Source of the DNA: a virus | Taxonomy: Duplodnaviria > Caudoviricetes | Virus record (IMG/VR): IMGVR_UViG_2889736374_000001 | Location: 1-64,000 of that record | Length of the DNA: 64,000 nt | Strand: one strand, 5' to 3' | Part shown: positions 27,994-37,808 of the stretch, in pieces | How the letters are laid out: each line of letters starts with the position of its first letter | How positions within the stretch are numbered: position 1 is the stretch's first letter | The notes under the pieces: model-generated | Databases searched by the model: none | What the model was told of the DNA's origin: nothing | Seen by the model: the letters and a program-made list of their open reading frames with translations, nothing else | Translations under genes and position numbers: made by a program

Positions 27994-29591
27994 CAGCCGT
28001 TCGCGCGCTCGCGGCGCGCCTCGCTGTCTTCCTCGCCGCTATCGGCGCGGCCCGGGCGGCGCTCGTAAGGCGACTGCATGCCTTCGGCGAGATAGCGCTT
28101 GTGCAGGCGAAGCCGCATGTCGAACACCTCGTCGGGATCCTTGCCGAGCTCGCCGCACTCGTCCTCGACGGTCGAGGTGCCGTTCAGCATGCGCTCGGTC
28201 GAGGCCTTGGCGCTCTTGAAATCGTCGGCCGTTGGCTTGGCCGGACCCTGCCAGAGCGCCCAGGAGAATTTGTCGCGGTTGGCCGCAAAGGCCGCGTAGC
28301 CGCCCTTGACCGGAATGCGCCCTTCCCCGACTTCCTCGTCGAACCAGTTCTCGTAGTGCGCCTGGGCGATCGGCGCCGCCAGCCGCTCGCGCCGCCGCAC
28401 CACGACCGGCCAGATCGACGAATTCTCCATCCTGACGGAGGAATAGGTCGCGTTCTCGTGGTTCATCGTGAACCCGCCGAAGGAAATGCCGATCGCGCGG
28501 GCCATCTCCCGGGAGAGCTCCCGGCTGACGGGCAGGAACTCCGGCCCGGGCGTTCTGCTGGCGAGAAGCTCGAGCTTCTCGCCGGGTGCGAGTTGAGAGA
28601 TGCGTGGATCGCTGCCGACCGATATCTCGCTCTCCGCCGCCCGCTCCATCTGCGCCTTGAAGAAGTCGAGATAGTCGCCCTTCAGATCTTTGTCCTCGAT
28701 CGCCTCCAGCGCCTCGAAGGCTTCCGCCGACGGTTTCTCGCTGGTCAGCGCCGCAGCAAAGACGGTCTGCAGGATTGCGGTCTGGATCGTGGCGTCGACC
28801 AGCGTCTCGTGCTGGATGTGCTGCCGGAACGCGGGCGCAATGCGCGAGATACCCCGCACGTCGTCCGCATCCATCGGATCGAAGACGTGCACCACGACCT
28901 GGCGCCCGTCACGGTCATAGGCCAGATGATCGCGCTTGCGCATGATGCCCGCTTCCTTCTCCTGGAAGCGATAGGCGATCGGCCGCTGGTTCGTGTCGTG
29001 GATGACCCCCTGAAACATCCCTTCGATCTCGTTCGTGTCCTGAACGAGTTTGGTCGGCGAGACCATGCACATCTTGGTTCCGGCCACGATGCCGTAACGC
29101 TGCCGCTGAGCGCGCGGCATGTAGGACATCACGCCGATCGCTTCGCCATAGGCCATGTCCCAGCGTAGTGCGATGTCGATCATCTGCGGCACGGTGAACT
29201 TGCCGCGAAGGTCGCATTCGCGCGGGTTCCACGAATAACGCTTCCACTCGCGCTTGATCAGCCGGATCAGGTCGGCCGATTCCTTCTCCGAGTAGCCGAG
29301 CCCGACCAGGTCCGGCTGCGGATTCAGAACCAGCTCGACCCCGACCGTGTCGGCGATGACCTGGTCGGCGGCGCCGCGCAGGCGCCCCGAGTTCTGGATC
29401 AGGTCGAGAGCAATCCCTGCCGTGCGCCGCCAGACCGCCCGCACCTCGTCGCGATGGTCGCGCAGATAGGCCGGTCGCGTCGAGATGATCGACGAGCGCG
29501 TGTCGCGCAGATAGGCGCCGCGGGGCGTCGGACGCGTGGCGGGCGAGATCGCCGGCACGCTGCGCACCCTCGTCCTGACCTTGTCGCTCAT
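27993..29591 (-). CDS. Portal protein, lambda family
   Basis: VRGISRIAP, ATYSSVR motifs; ATGA overlap with terminase. Confidence 0.92.
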   Translation of the reverse strand: MSDKVRTRVRSVPAISPATRPTPRGAYLRDTRSSIISTRPAYLRDHRDEVRAVWRRTAGIALDLIQNSGRLRGAADQVIADTVGVELVLNPQPDLVGLGYSEKESADLIRLIKREWKRYSWNPRECDLRGKFTVPQMIDIALRWDMAYGEAIGVMSYMPRAQRQRYGIVAGTKMCMVSPTKLVQDTNEIEGMFQGVIHDTNQRPIAYRFQEKEAGIMRKRDHLAYDRDGRQVVVHVFDPMDADDVRGISRIAPAFRQHIQHETLVDATIQTAILQTVFAAALTSEKPSAEAFEALEAIEDKDLKGDYLDFFKAQMERAAESEISVGSDPRISQLAPGEKLELLASRTPGPEFLPVSRELSREMARAIGISFGGFTMNHENATYSSVRMENSSIWPVVVRRRERLAAPIAQAHYENWFDEEVGEGRIPVKGGYAAFAANRDKFSWALWQGPAKPTADDFKSAKASTERMLNGTSTVEDECGELGKDPDEVFDMRLRLHKRYLAEGMQSPYERRPGRADSGEEDSEARRERANG

Positions 29592-31588
29592 ATGCGCCGT
29601 TTCCACCTTTCGCGCCGCTCGCGGCGGGCATCGTCGTCTTGCTTTTTCTCGGCCGGCACCGCGGGCGCCTCGGCCGCTGCTGGCCTGGACATGAGCAGGT
29701 CGGGCTCCGCGGGCAGTTGCACGCGCGCCCGGATTTCGGCCCATTGGGCGTCCGTCATCGTCGAAAGCCCGAGCAGCTCTGCCATGGCCATGGCGTAGAT
29801 CCGGCAGTCGAGGATGTGGTTGTCGGTCCGCAGCCGGACCCACTCCTCCTTGAAGCGGCCCTTGACCACGGCCGTGACGAAACTCTCGGCTGTCAGCTGG
29901 AGGAAGTATTCCTTCCCCAGAAACGTCCCGAAATGGCAGTAGCCGGGCGGATCGGTCGCCTCCCCCGCCGCGAGGCCGGGCTTGTGCAGATTGGCGAACA
30001 GCTCCGACTTCAGTCCCCATGTGCCGACCGGCCACAGCATGGCCGCGCCGAAACGCTTGCGCCTGCCCCGCTTGGTGACCGATTTCTTGGCCGGCACGCT
30101 GATCGCGGGCACGCCGCGCCCGCCCTGCCCCTTGATGGCGTAGGCGTTCGGGCGCCGGCGGCACCATTCCATCACCTGGTTCGTTCGCCCACCGTCGCCG
30201 CCGTCGACCGCGAGGGCCTCGATGCGGCGCGGATTTCCGAACACGTCGGTGAGCGGTGTCATGTAGAAGCGGTCGAGTTGCTCCCATGCTCCCATGCCGG
30301 GATGATCGGTCGGCCCCTCGAAGAACCGGACCCCGAGCGCCCAGCTCTGGCGATCCTGCCCGAACCCAACACCCTCGACCCAGATACCGTTGTGCTGGAC
30401 GTCGGCGCCGGCCGTCACGATCAGCACCTCGGCCGGCACCGTCAGCTCAGCATAGGCCTCGCGCCGCTCCATGAGCCGCTCGTGGTCGGGTGCGTTGCCG
30501 CGCTCCTTGGCCGGCAGGCCGAGAACCAGGTTGCGGATGCCCTTGTCGCCGAGACCGCCCGGTTTGGCGTGGTTGATAACGTCCTCGGCGATCGCCTCGT
30601 AGCTCATCATGAGCGAATCGAAGGCATCGACATGGAAGCCGGGATGCCGGTCCGGGCCATGCGCGGTGGCGAGGAATCGCCCCTTGCGCACGCCGATGAC
30701 ACGCTCGGCCTCGGAGATCACATGGCCGCAGGATGGGCAGCCGTAGAAACTCTTGTGCGGGTGCGAGCGGTCCAGATGGAAGCCTTCGAACACCTGCTTG
30801 AACTCGTGCCCGCATTCGACGCAGGCGATATTCCAGAACCGCTGGTCGGATCGGCGAAAGGACCGGTCGATGCGACAGTGGCCCGGACCCTCGCCCAGTT
30901 CGTCGCCCGTGTCGATCTCCGGCGTCGACAGCTCGAAGATCTTGTAGGTCTTGGTCCGGCGAAAGGCCGTGAAGCGACCGAAGAACAGTGTCTCGGGATC
31001 ATCCCCGTTGGGATGGGTCTGCCATTTGGAGACCTCGTCCTTCACGCCGAACCGTGTCGTCTTGCCCGACAGGTCCGTCGCCACGTTCGCGTTCGCCAGC
31101 ATCAGGGAGCCGCCGGCAAAGCGCTTCTCGTAGATGGTCGACCCTGCCCCCGATCGGCTGAGGGCGGGGAAGATGATCTGCTTTCCCGTCGCCTTCTGCC
31201 ACGCATCGATCAGCGGCTGCAGCTTCTGGCTGTTCATGTCCTGTAGGAAGTCGATCGACGGCAGGCCGTAGATCGAATTGTCCGGCGCCGTCTCGGCGAT
31301 GAACAGCTGCCAGGCGAGCGCCAGGATCGAGATGCCCGTCTGCTGGCTCTTGCGCACCGTCACCAGGTTGGCCGGGTGCTCCGGATTGAGCGTGTCGGCG
31401 ATCTCGCCCAGATAGGGCGCATCCTCGAGCGACCAGAACTCCCCCTTCTTTGGCCCATCGACCAGGACGATGTTCTTCGGCAGCCACGCCCGGAACGACA
31501 CCGGCGGCTTCGGCCGGATCGCTTCCGCTAGCGTGCCCGCCACCACCCGCAGCGCGGCGGGATGGCCGGGATCGACGTGAATGGTCAC
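29588..31588 (-). CDS. Terminase large subunit (gpA family)
   Basis: KSQQTG Walker A variant, DEV, STP, CxxC pairs, GADVQ, NHILDC. Confidence 0.95.
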   Translation of the reverse strand: MTIHVDPGHPAALRVVAGTLAEAIRPKPPVSFRAWLPKNIVLVDGPKKGEFWSLEDAPYLGEIADTLNPEHPANLVTVRKSQQTGISILALAWQLFIAETAPDNSIYGLPSIDFLQDMNSQKLQPLIDAWQKATGKQIIFPALSRSGAGSTIYEKRFAGGSLMLANANVATDLSGKTTRFGVKDEVSKWQTHPNGDDPETLFFGRFTAFRRTKTYKIFELSTPEIDTGDELGEGPGHCRIDRSFRRSDQRFWNIACVECGHEFKQVFEGFHLDRSHPHKSFYGCPSCGHVISEAERVIGVRKGRFLATAHGPDRHPGFHVDAFDSLMMSYEAIAEDVINHAKPGGLGDKGIRNLVLGLPAKERGNAPDHERLMERREAYAELTVPAEVLIVTAGADVQHNGIWVEGVGFGQDRQSWALGVRFFEGPTDHPGMGAWEQLDRFYMTPLTDVFGNPRRIEALAVDGGDGGRTNQVMEWCRRRPNAYAIKGQGGRGVPAISVPAKKSVTKRGRRKRFGAAMLWPVGTWGLKSELFANLHKPGLAAGEATDPPGYCHFGTFLGKEYFLQLTAESFVTAVVKGRFKEEWVRLRTDNHILDCRIYAMAMAELLGLSTMTDAQWAEIRARVQLPAEPDLLMSRPAAAEAPAVPAEKKQDDDARRERRERWKRRI

Positions 31589-32178
31589 AGCTCGTGATCC
31601 TCGACCAGATCATCCTGCTCCGCCGCCCCCGTCATGATCTCCTCGAGGCGGTTGGCGATCTCGGTGTTGAGCTCGAAACTGATCTGCCGAAGCAGGACGC
31701 GCAGCCCGTGGACACCTTCACGCCCGACCGCCAGCGCCATGTCGTCGGCCCGGTTCTGGAGCCGCGCCACCATGCTCTGGATCTCGCGGCCGCAGACGGT
31801 CATGGCCTCGCGGGTCTTGTCCGCTCGCAGGAGCTGGCCGATCTCTTCCTGGCGGCGAAGCTTCTCGCGGCCGACCTTCAGCCAGGCTTCCTGGCGAAGC
31901 GCCTCGTCGCGCGACTGGCTGCCGCCGACGGGCTTCGCCGTGGCGACGGGTTCCTCGCGCCGCGCGGCCGCTACCTTCTCCGAGCTCGAGAACTCGCCGC
32001 GGATATGGTCGTAATGAGCGAGCGAGAAGCGCACCACGCGGTCGCGGGCGTCGCGCTCGACCGGCAGGCCGTGCTGTTCGACGAAGCGGCGCACCAGCTT
32101 GGTCACCGCGGCCTTGCTCACCTTGTCGCGGGCAGCCACCTCGCCCGGCGTGACCATTACATGCTGATCGCCGGCCAT
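31585..32178 (-). CDS. Terminase small subunit
   Basis: N-terminal HTH plus coiled coil, directly upstream of TerL. Confidence 0.8.
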   Translation of the reverse strand: MAGDQHVMVTPGEVAARDKVSKAAVTKLVRRFVEQHGLPVERDARDRVVRFSLAHYDHIRGEFSSSEKVAAARREEPVATAKPVGGSQSRDEALRQEAWLKVGREKLRRQEEIGQLLRADKTREAMTVCGREIQSMVARLQNRADDMALAVGREGVHGLRVLLRQISFELNTEIANRLEEIMTGAAEQDDLVEDHEL

Positions 32179-32241
32179 CGCCTCACCAATTCCTCTGGCA
32201 ACCGGGCCGAAACCCTTGTGCGGCAAGCCCCCGCGACCGCG

Positions 32242-32281
32242 TGACAACCCCTTTCGTCATGGCTGACAACCCTGACAACCC
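32242..32281. repeat. Three TGACAACCC repeats; candidate terminase-binding (cosB-like) sites
   Basis: Copies at 32242, 32264 and 32273, upstream of terS. Confidence 0.55.
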
Positions 32282-32400
32282 AACTTTCGAGCCCCTGCGA
32301 CTGGCAAGATTCCGGGCCACTTTCGCACCGTCCGGCCGGGGAGCGGGGAACGGTCCCTAGCCGGTGCGGGCGGGTCGGCGGCGCGCCGCCGGGTCCGTGG

Positions 32401-32976
32401 TCAGCTGAAGGCGCCGCCGGTCATGCGCCTGAGTTCATGGGCCATGCGCTGCGGCAGGACCGTGCGCACCGAGGCTTCGAACTCGGCCCGGGTCTGTCCC
32501 GTCACCATCTCGGTGGGGATGAACACACCCGACTTCTGCTTGACGATCGGCGTACGCCCCGACCCCGCACGCGCGAACACATGCCCGCCCATGCCGATCG
32601 GCACGCGGGTGGGGAAGCGCCCGCCCTTGATGAAGGTGCTGGCGAAGATCTTGCGCTTGCCGAACGGCGCGGCACTGACGCCGCGCGCCGTCTCGCGAGC
32701 CGAGAAGTATTTGAGCGACACGTCGCCGCCCTTGGCCCGCATGACATAGACCATGCTGGCGGTGTTGGCCCGCGTGACGCGGACCGCCTTGACGATGGTC
32801 TTGCGCTTCAGCCCGGTCTGCTTGGTCAGAGTGCGCCGCACCTTGGTGCGCGCCATGTCGCCGGTCCGGTTGACGACGCGGGCGCCGACGGCGCGAAACC
32901 GCGCATCGCCCAGCGAGCGGAGCGCATCGGCGAAGCGGGCAATGCCCTCCCCGTTCTGCCACCCCATGACCAGCAA
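32401..32976 (-). CDS. Minor tail protein Z-like (tail completion)
   Basis: Basic protein, NRTG..ARTKVRR..TKQTGLK motif. Confidence 0.65.
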   Translation of the reverse strand: MLVMGWQNGEGIARFADALRSLGDARFRAVGARVVNRTGDMARTKVRRTLTKQTGLKRKTIVKAVRVTRANTASMVYVMRAKGGDVSLKYFSARETARGVSAAPFGKRKIFASTFIKGGRFPTRVPIGMGGHVFARAGSGRTPIVKQKSGVFIPTEMVTGQTRAEFEASVRTVLPQRMAHELRRMTGGAFS

Positions 32977-32991
32977 GGCATCGCCCCAATG

Positions 32992-33033
32992 AAAAACCCG
33001 CCGCGGGCTGGCCGGGCGGGTGATTTCTTTTTT
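32992..33033. terminator. Probable bidirectional terminator
   Basis: AAAAACCCGCC...GGCGGGT followed by a T-rich run. Confidence 0.6.
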
Positions 33034-33083
33034 ACCGTGATCAGGTCTACGTCAAGTTTTCGGCGCGCGTCAAGCGGGTTCAG

Positions 33084-33899
33084 CTAATTTTTAGCCGCGC
33101 CGGCCAATTCCAAGAGCCGCACGCCCGCGCCCTCATGCGAAAGCCAGGGCGTCATGCGCTCATCGAACGGCGCGAAGCGATGCGCCACCAGGGCCAGCGC
33201 GAGATTGCCTTCGAGATAACGCATCGCCGCGACCCAGAGCTGCCAGTCGAGACGCGAGAGAATGTCGCCGGTCGGGTCGTCGGAAAGCTCATATTTGCGA
33301 TAGGCCCCACGTACCGGGCGGCGCGAACGCGGGTGCAGCCCGTCGACCTCGATCAGGCTCCGGCGCCCGAACACGTCGGTGACCGCCTTTTCCACGAACC
33401 AGGCCGGCCTCCCGCCGCGCTCGACCATGCGCACCTTGCTGACCGGGGCCGACCAGTCGGGCCGCTTGCCCAGCACCGCCGTGCCGATGACCAGCGACAT
33501 CAGCGAGGCGGCGCGCTGGCGAAACGGGCGAAGCCGGTAGCGCTCGGCCACCCGCGCCACCGCCGCCTCGGCCAGCCCGCCCGTGTCGGGCCAGTCGGCA
33601 AGGGCGGCCCAGCCCTCGGGGATGATCGCCTCGCAGCGCGCCAGCCCGGCCACCGCCTCGCCCACCGCCAGCGCATCGTCATGCGGCGCGCCCTGCTCGA
33701 TGAAGAAATTCTCGTGGTCGCGCCGACCGCCATCGACCAGCGTCATCAGCTCGGCAAAGGAATTGATCCTGCCCCAGCTGGTCGCCTCCAGCATGCGCCA
33801 GGCGGAATTGGCGTTGTCGAGCCCGTCCACGCCGCCGCCTTTCGGCAGCTCGTGCACGAAAGCCCAGGATGCCAGCTCTTCAATGGTCATCGTCTTCAT
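33084..33899 (-). CDS. Conserved phage protein, candidate late regulator
   Basis: Occupies the Q-like position between replication and packaging genes; function from position only. Confidence 0.5.
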   Translation of the reverse strand: MKTMTIEELASWAFVHELPKGGGVDGLDNANSAWRMLEATSWGRINSFAELMTLVDGGRRDHENFFIEQGAPHDDALAVGEAVAGLARCEAIIPEGWAALADWPDTGGLAEAAVARVAERYRLRPFRQRAASLMSLVIGTAVLGKRPDWSAPVSKVRMVERGGRPAWFVEKAVTDVFGRRSLIEVDGLHPRSRRPVRGAYRKYELSDDPTGDILSRLDWQLWVAAMRYLEGNLALALVAHRFAPFDERMTPWLSHEGAGVRLLELAGAAKN

Positions 33900-33911
33900 G
33901 ATTTTTGCTCC

Positions 33912-34242
33912 AGCGTCCCAGTTTCGGCCCTATCGACCCAAATTCTTCGCTTCCGTCCCAATTCTTGATTTCTCCAAACCATTGAAAGAAAAACACAATT
34001 CCGAAGGAAAGGGACGGTAGGGACGCTAGGGACGATAAAACTCCGCCACACATGGAAAAGATTGCGCCTGTTTTTAAAGGCCAGCCCCTTCCCCTTTACG
34101 CGCGCACGTGCACGGGAAACCCCACAATCATCGTCCCTAGCGTCCCTAGCGTCCTAAACGTCTGTTTTCCCACACCCTTCTGGCCCGCCCTTGCGCCCCA
34201 ATCCTTCGCCTACCGTCCCTCGCTGCCCTTTCTTCGTCCCCG
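33912..34242. other. Putative replication origin with CGTCCC/GGGACG iterons
   Basis: 9-bp-periodic arrays at 34010-34036 and 34130-34156 forming a 19-bp perfect inverted repeat; adjacent AT-rich tract; downstream of primase-helicase. Confidence 0.65.
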
Positions 34243-34303
34243 AACGGGGCGGCGGGAGGCGGCAACGGTGGGCAGCACTCCGGCCCAGGAAGGGGGAGAA
34301 GGG

Positions 34304-36145
34304 TCAGCCATCGAAACCGTAATCCTCCGGACGCGGGCCGGGATCGGCGCCCGACGGCCGCACGAATTCCTCGCGCGCATGGATGCCGCGATAGAGCGTC
34401 GATCCGCTCTTGGCCTTCCAGAACATCTTCATCTGGCCGTCGGGCGATCGCCACGTCAGCCGCGTGTAGTCGGGCAGCTTGCGCGAGAAGGTCGAGCCCT
34501 TGAACTCCGGCGCGCCCTCGCGGGCGGCCCAATTGGCATAGGCGATGTGGAGATCGCCGGGCGAGGAAAAGTCTTCCTCGCGGCCGGTAACGAGGCAGGC
34601 GTTGCGCAGGAAGGCCCCGATCGGGTCGCTCTCCTCGCGATATTCGCGGGTGGCCGCCAGCACCTTTTCGGGCGGGCGCAGCCCGAAATTCAGATAGTCG
34701 AGCGCGCCCTGCACCATCCAGGCGAACACGCCCTCGGCCTCGCCGCGCAGCGTCTTGGCGAGGTTCCGGTCGACCTCCTCTTCCGGGATCTGCACTTCCC
34801 AGGGCACGAGATAGACGCGCCGCCAGATGCCGTCCGACGTGTCGTCGATGCGCGGCTTGTGGTTGCCCGACAACATGATCTTGAACTGCGGCTCGACCTC
34901 GAAGAAGTCCTGGTGCAGGCGCCGCACCGCGATCTTCTCGCCGCCCGTCAGCGTCTTGATCAGCGCATCCTTCAACTTCACGCCCATTTCCGGCTCGGAG
35001 GCAGCGACCAGCCGCGCGCCCGGCAGCCGCGCCAGGTCGGGCGTGGCCTCCGAGCCGCCGCGCCGCGTCTCGCCGGCGAAACTGTCGATCGACAGCGTGA
35101 CCGCATAGTCGCCCAGGATGGCGCAGAGCAGGTCGACGAAGGTCGATTTGCCGTTGCGCCCCGCCCCGTAGAAGAAGACCAGGCACTGCTCGACGGTCAG
35201 CCCGGTCAGGCAGTAGCCGGCGAAACGCTGCAGGAAGGCGCGGATCTCAGGATCGGGCTGGACGCGCTTGAGAAAATTGTCGAAGGCGGGCGCGGCCGAG
35301 CCGGGCGAAAACGGCTGTTCGACCAGTTTGGAGATGTAATCGCCCGGCCGGTGCGGGTCGCTCGCCACGCTCCAGGTGAAGGTCGGGTCCTCAGGGTCCG
35401 ATTCCTGGTTCTCGGTCCTGGCGAAGCGCAGCGTGCCCGACCGGCAATTGACGGCAAAAAGATCGCGGTTGAGATCGCCCACCATCATGGCGACATGCGG
35501 CAGCGCCTCGCGCATCATGTTGTCGAGTTTTGACGATCCGGCCGAACTCTTGGCATGGCGGTGGCGCGCCGAGCGCCGGCCATTGGCCTTCTTGCGCGCT
35601 TCCTCGCCTTCCTCGATCGCATCGTCGAGTTCCATCCAGCGGGCCATCTTGTCGGGATCCCAGTCCTTGGACGGCCGCCCCATCTTGCCCTTTTCGAGCT
35701 TCGCATTCTTGCCGGCATCGATCGCCTTCTGCTCTTCCTCCGTGGCGGTGAGCAGCATCGCCTCGTCCGAAATCAGCTCGGCCGTCTTCTGGGCAAGCGG
35801 GCGCACGACGGAGCCGTCCTCGTCCTCCTTCCAGCGGCAGCCGTCGAAACCGTGCCAGCCGATGCGCGCGACATGGATGACCTTGCGGCCGTAGCGCGCG
35901 AGAAAGCGCCGCCCATTGCCGATATCGGTCTCTGGCTCGAAGGCGCAGGCGGCAAGAAGCTCCTGGAAATCGGGCTCGGGCTCGTCGGCAGTCGGCATCG
36001 GCCGGTCGGGCGCCGACAGGCCGCCCCGCGATCCGCCCGGCAAGGGGGACGGGGCCTTGGCGCCATGGGCAAGCTCGGCCTGGCGGCGCGCATCCTCCAT
36101 CATGGATGCGACTTCGGGTGGCATCCCCCCGTTTTTCCTGGTCAT
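34304..36145 (-). CDS. P4-family/D5-like SF3 primase-helicase
   Basis: TDIGNGRR, GAGRNGKST Walker A, KTLTGGE, GNHKP, GIWRR. Confidence 0.92.
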   Translation of the reverse strand: MTRKNGGMPPEVASMMEDARRQAELAHGAKAPSPLPGGSRGGLSAPDRPMPTADEPEPDFQELLAACAFEPETDIGNGRRFLARYGRKVIHVARIGWHGFDGCRWKEDEDGSVVRPLAQKTAELISDEAMLLTATEEEQKAIDAGKNAKLEKGKMGRPSKDWDPDKMARWMELDDAIEEGEEARKKANGRRSARHRHAKSSAGSSKLDNMMREALPHVAMMVGDLNRDLFAVNCRSGTLRFARTENQESDPEDPTFTWSVASDPHRPGDYISKLVEQPFSPGSAAPAFDNFLKRVQPDPEIRAFLQRFAGYCLTGLTVEQCLVFFYGAGRNGKSTFVDLLCAILGDYAVTLSIDSFAGETRRGGSEATPDLARLPGARLVAASEPEMGVKLKDALIKTLTGGEKIAVRRLHQDFFEVEPQFKIMLSGNHKPRIDDTSDGIWRRVYLVPWEVQIPEEEVDRNLAKTLRGEAEGVFAWMVQGALDYLNFGLRPPEKVLAATREYREESDPIGAFLRNACLVTGREEDFSSPGDLHIAYANWAAREGAPEFKGSTFSRKLPDYTRLTWRSPDGQMKMFWKAKSGSTLYRGIHAREEFVRPSGADPGPRPEDYGFDG

Positions 36146-37485
36146 TCCTGGTCCGCCCCGTCACGCAAGTTCAACATTGCCGCCATCACGGCGGCATCCT
36201 CCGGCGGCCACAGCACCGGGATCAGCCTTCCCGGCCGCGCATGCCGCGCCCGCGCCCGGGCCATGGCGGACGCCGTCGCCACGCGCTCGGAATCGCCATC
36301 GGCGACCAGCACCAGCTCGTCGACATGATCGGGGATCATCATCGCGTCCGCGTCCGCGTCGTTGCCTTCCCGTCCCGGCCGCGGCACCGGCCCCTGCACG
36401 CGCACGGGGCGCACGCGCCCGTTCCGATCCTCGCGCGTCAGCTCGGGATGGGAAAAGGCGGATTTCGGGTCGGCGGGCCCGGCCATGTTGCCGAGGTCGC
36501 CGGCCGCGAAGTAGAACGTGTCGTCGCGAAACCCTTCCCAGCCGGCAAAGGCCAGCGTGTTCTCGATGCCTTCCGCCCCCAGCCAGCGCAGCGCCGACGG
36601 CCGCCCGGAAAGGCCGATGACGCCCCCCTTCTTGGTGCCGCGCATCTTCTTGGACGGCAGGATCTCGTAGAGCCCGGCCGCGATATCGATCTGCGTCGGC
36701 AGCGAGGAGCCCGCGCGCCAATCATGCCGGCCGCCCAGACGACCTTCCTTGGTCAGTCCATAGAGCAGCGGCCGATATTTCGGCGGCGCATCGAGGTCGA
36801 TCCAGGTGATGTGGCAGCCGATCAGCTCGACGTGAAGCGATGCGTCGAACCTGATGAAAGGTGCGACCATCGCCGGCCCCTCGTGGATGGCGACGGGGGC
36901 ACCGTGATCGTCCTGGCCATGCCAGTAGGGCAGCGACGGCGCGTAGCGAATCCACTTGTCGCCAGGTACGCCACAGGCGCGCATGGATAGATAATAGTGC
37001 ACCGGATCGGCACCGATCGTGCGGCCCGCCTCGTAGATCCCGCGCGCCTTTGCCCGCTCCTTGTCGCGAAACGCGTTGCCCGCCCGCGCGCGCTTTTCCT
37101 CGTCTTGCGCCGCCTGGCGCTGGCGCTCGGCAATGCGGGCCTCGCGCGCGGCGCGCTCTTCCTCGCTCTCGCGCTCGCCGCCCTGGGGGATATCTCGGCC
37201 GAGCACGGCCGAACACGCCTCGAGGAAGCCGGCGCGGCTCTTGAGATCGAGTTCCAGGCAGTGCGCGGCCAGCCCGATCGCATCCTTGCCGCCGACATCG
37301 CAATGGCGGCAGTGCCAGGCGTTCTTGCGCGTGTTGAAGGAAAACCGGTCCTTGCCACCCGACACGGGACAGGGCTGTGGATGCTCGTCGCCGGCGGCCT
37401 TGAAGGCGAGGTCCAACAGCTTCGCCGCGGCCCCGACCGACACGGCACGCGCATCCTCGATGAATTCCTTGATCTCGTCGGTCAT
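36142..37485 (-). CDS. Primase with P4-alpha zinc-binding and TOPRIM-like domains
   Basis: PCPVSGGKDRF...CRHC; AEGIEN; ADGDS. Confidence 0.85.
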   Translation of the reverse strand: MTDEIKEFIEDARAVSVGAAAKLLDLAFKAAGDEHPQPCPVSGGKDRFSFNTRKNAWHCRHCDVGGKDAIGLAAHCLELDLKSRAGFLEACSAVLGRDIPQGGERESEEERAAREARIAERQRQAAQDEEKRARAGNAFRDKERAKARGIYEAGRTIGADPVHYYLSMRACGVPGDKWIRYAPSLPYWHGQDDHGAPVAIHEGPAMVAPFIRFDASLHVELIGCHITWIDLDAPPKYRPLLYGLTKEGRLGGRHDWRAGSSLPTQIDIAAGLYEILPSKKMRGTKKGGVIGLSGRPSALRWLGAEGIENTLAFAGWEGFRDDTFYFAAGDLGNMAGPADPKSAFSHPELTREDRNGRVRPVRVQGPVPRPGREGNDADADAMMIPDHVDELVLVADGDSERVATASAMARARARHARPGRLIPVLWPPEDAAVMAAMLNLRDGADQE

Positions 37486-37808
37486 GCCGACACCGCCACG
37501 AGCCGATATCGGTTGTTGCTGCCGGCGCCGGCGCAGTTCTTCGGGATCGTCCAGCCATGGGAGGGCAGTTTTTTGCGCAGCCTGGCCAGCACCATGCCCA
37601 GCACATTGTTGGCGCATTCGGGACCGCCATTCGGATCGTCGAAATACAGCGTGTCGATCAGCGCCCGCCGTTCCACGCTGCGCGGGTAGATTCCGGCCAG
37701 CGCGACCACGACCCGCCGCTCCTGCGGCGACAGCGCCGCGGCGTCGAGCGCCTCGATCGGCGCAGCCTTGGCAATGGGGGAGCCGCAGCAGGGGCAGATG
37801 AAGCTCAT
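37482..37808 (-). CDS. Winged-helix (OmpR/PhoB-type) DNA-binding protein with CxCC
   Basis: LIDTLY.DDPNGGP...LARLRKKL. Confidence 0.75.
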   Translation of the reverse strand: MSFICPCCGSPIAKAAPIEALDAAALSPQERRVVVALAGIYPRSVERRALIDTLYFDDPNGGPECANNVLGMVLARLRKKLPSHGWTIPKNCAGAGSNNRYRLVAVSA

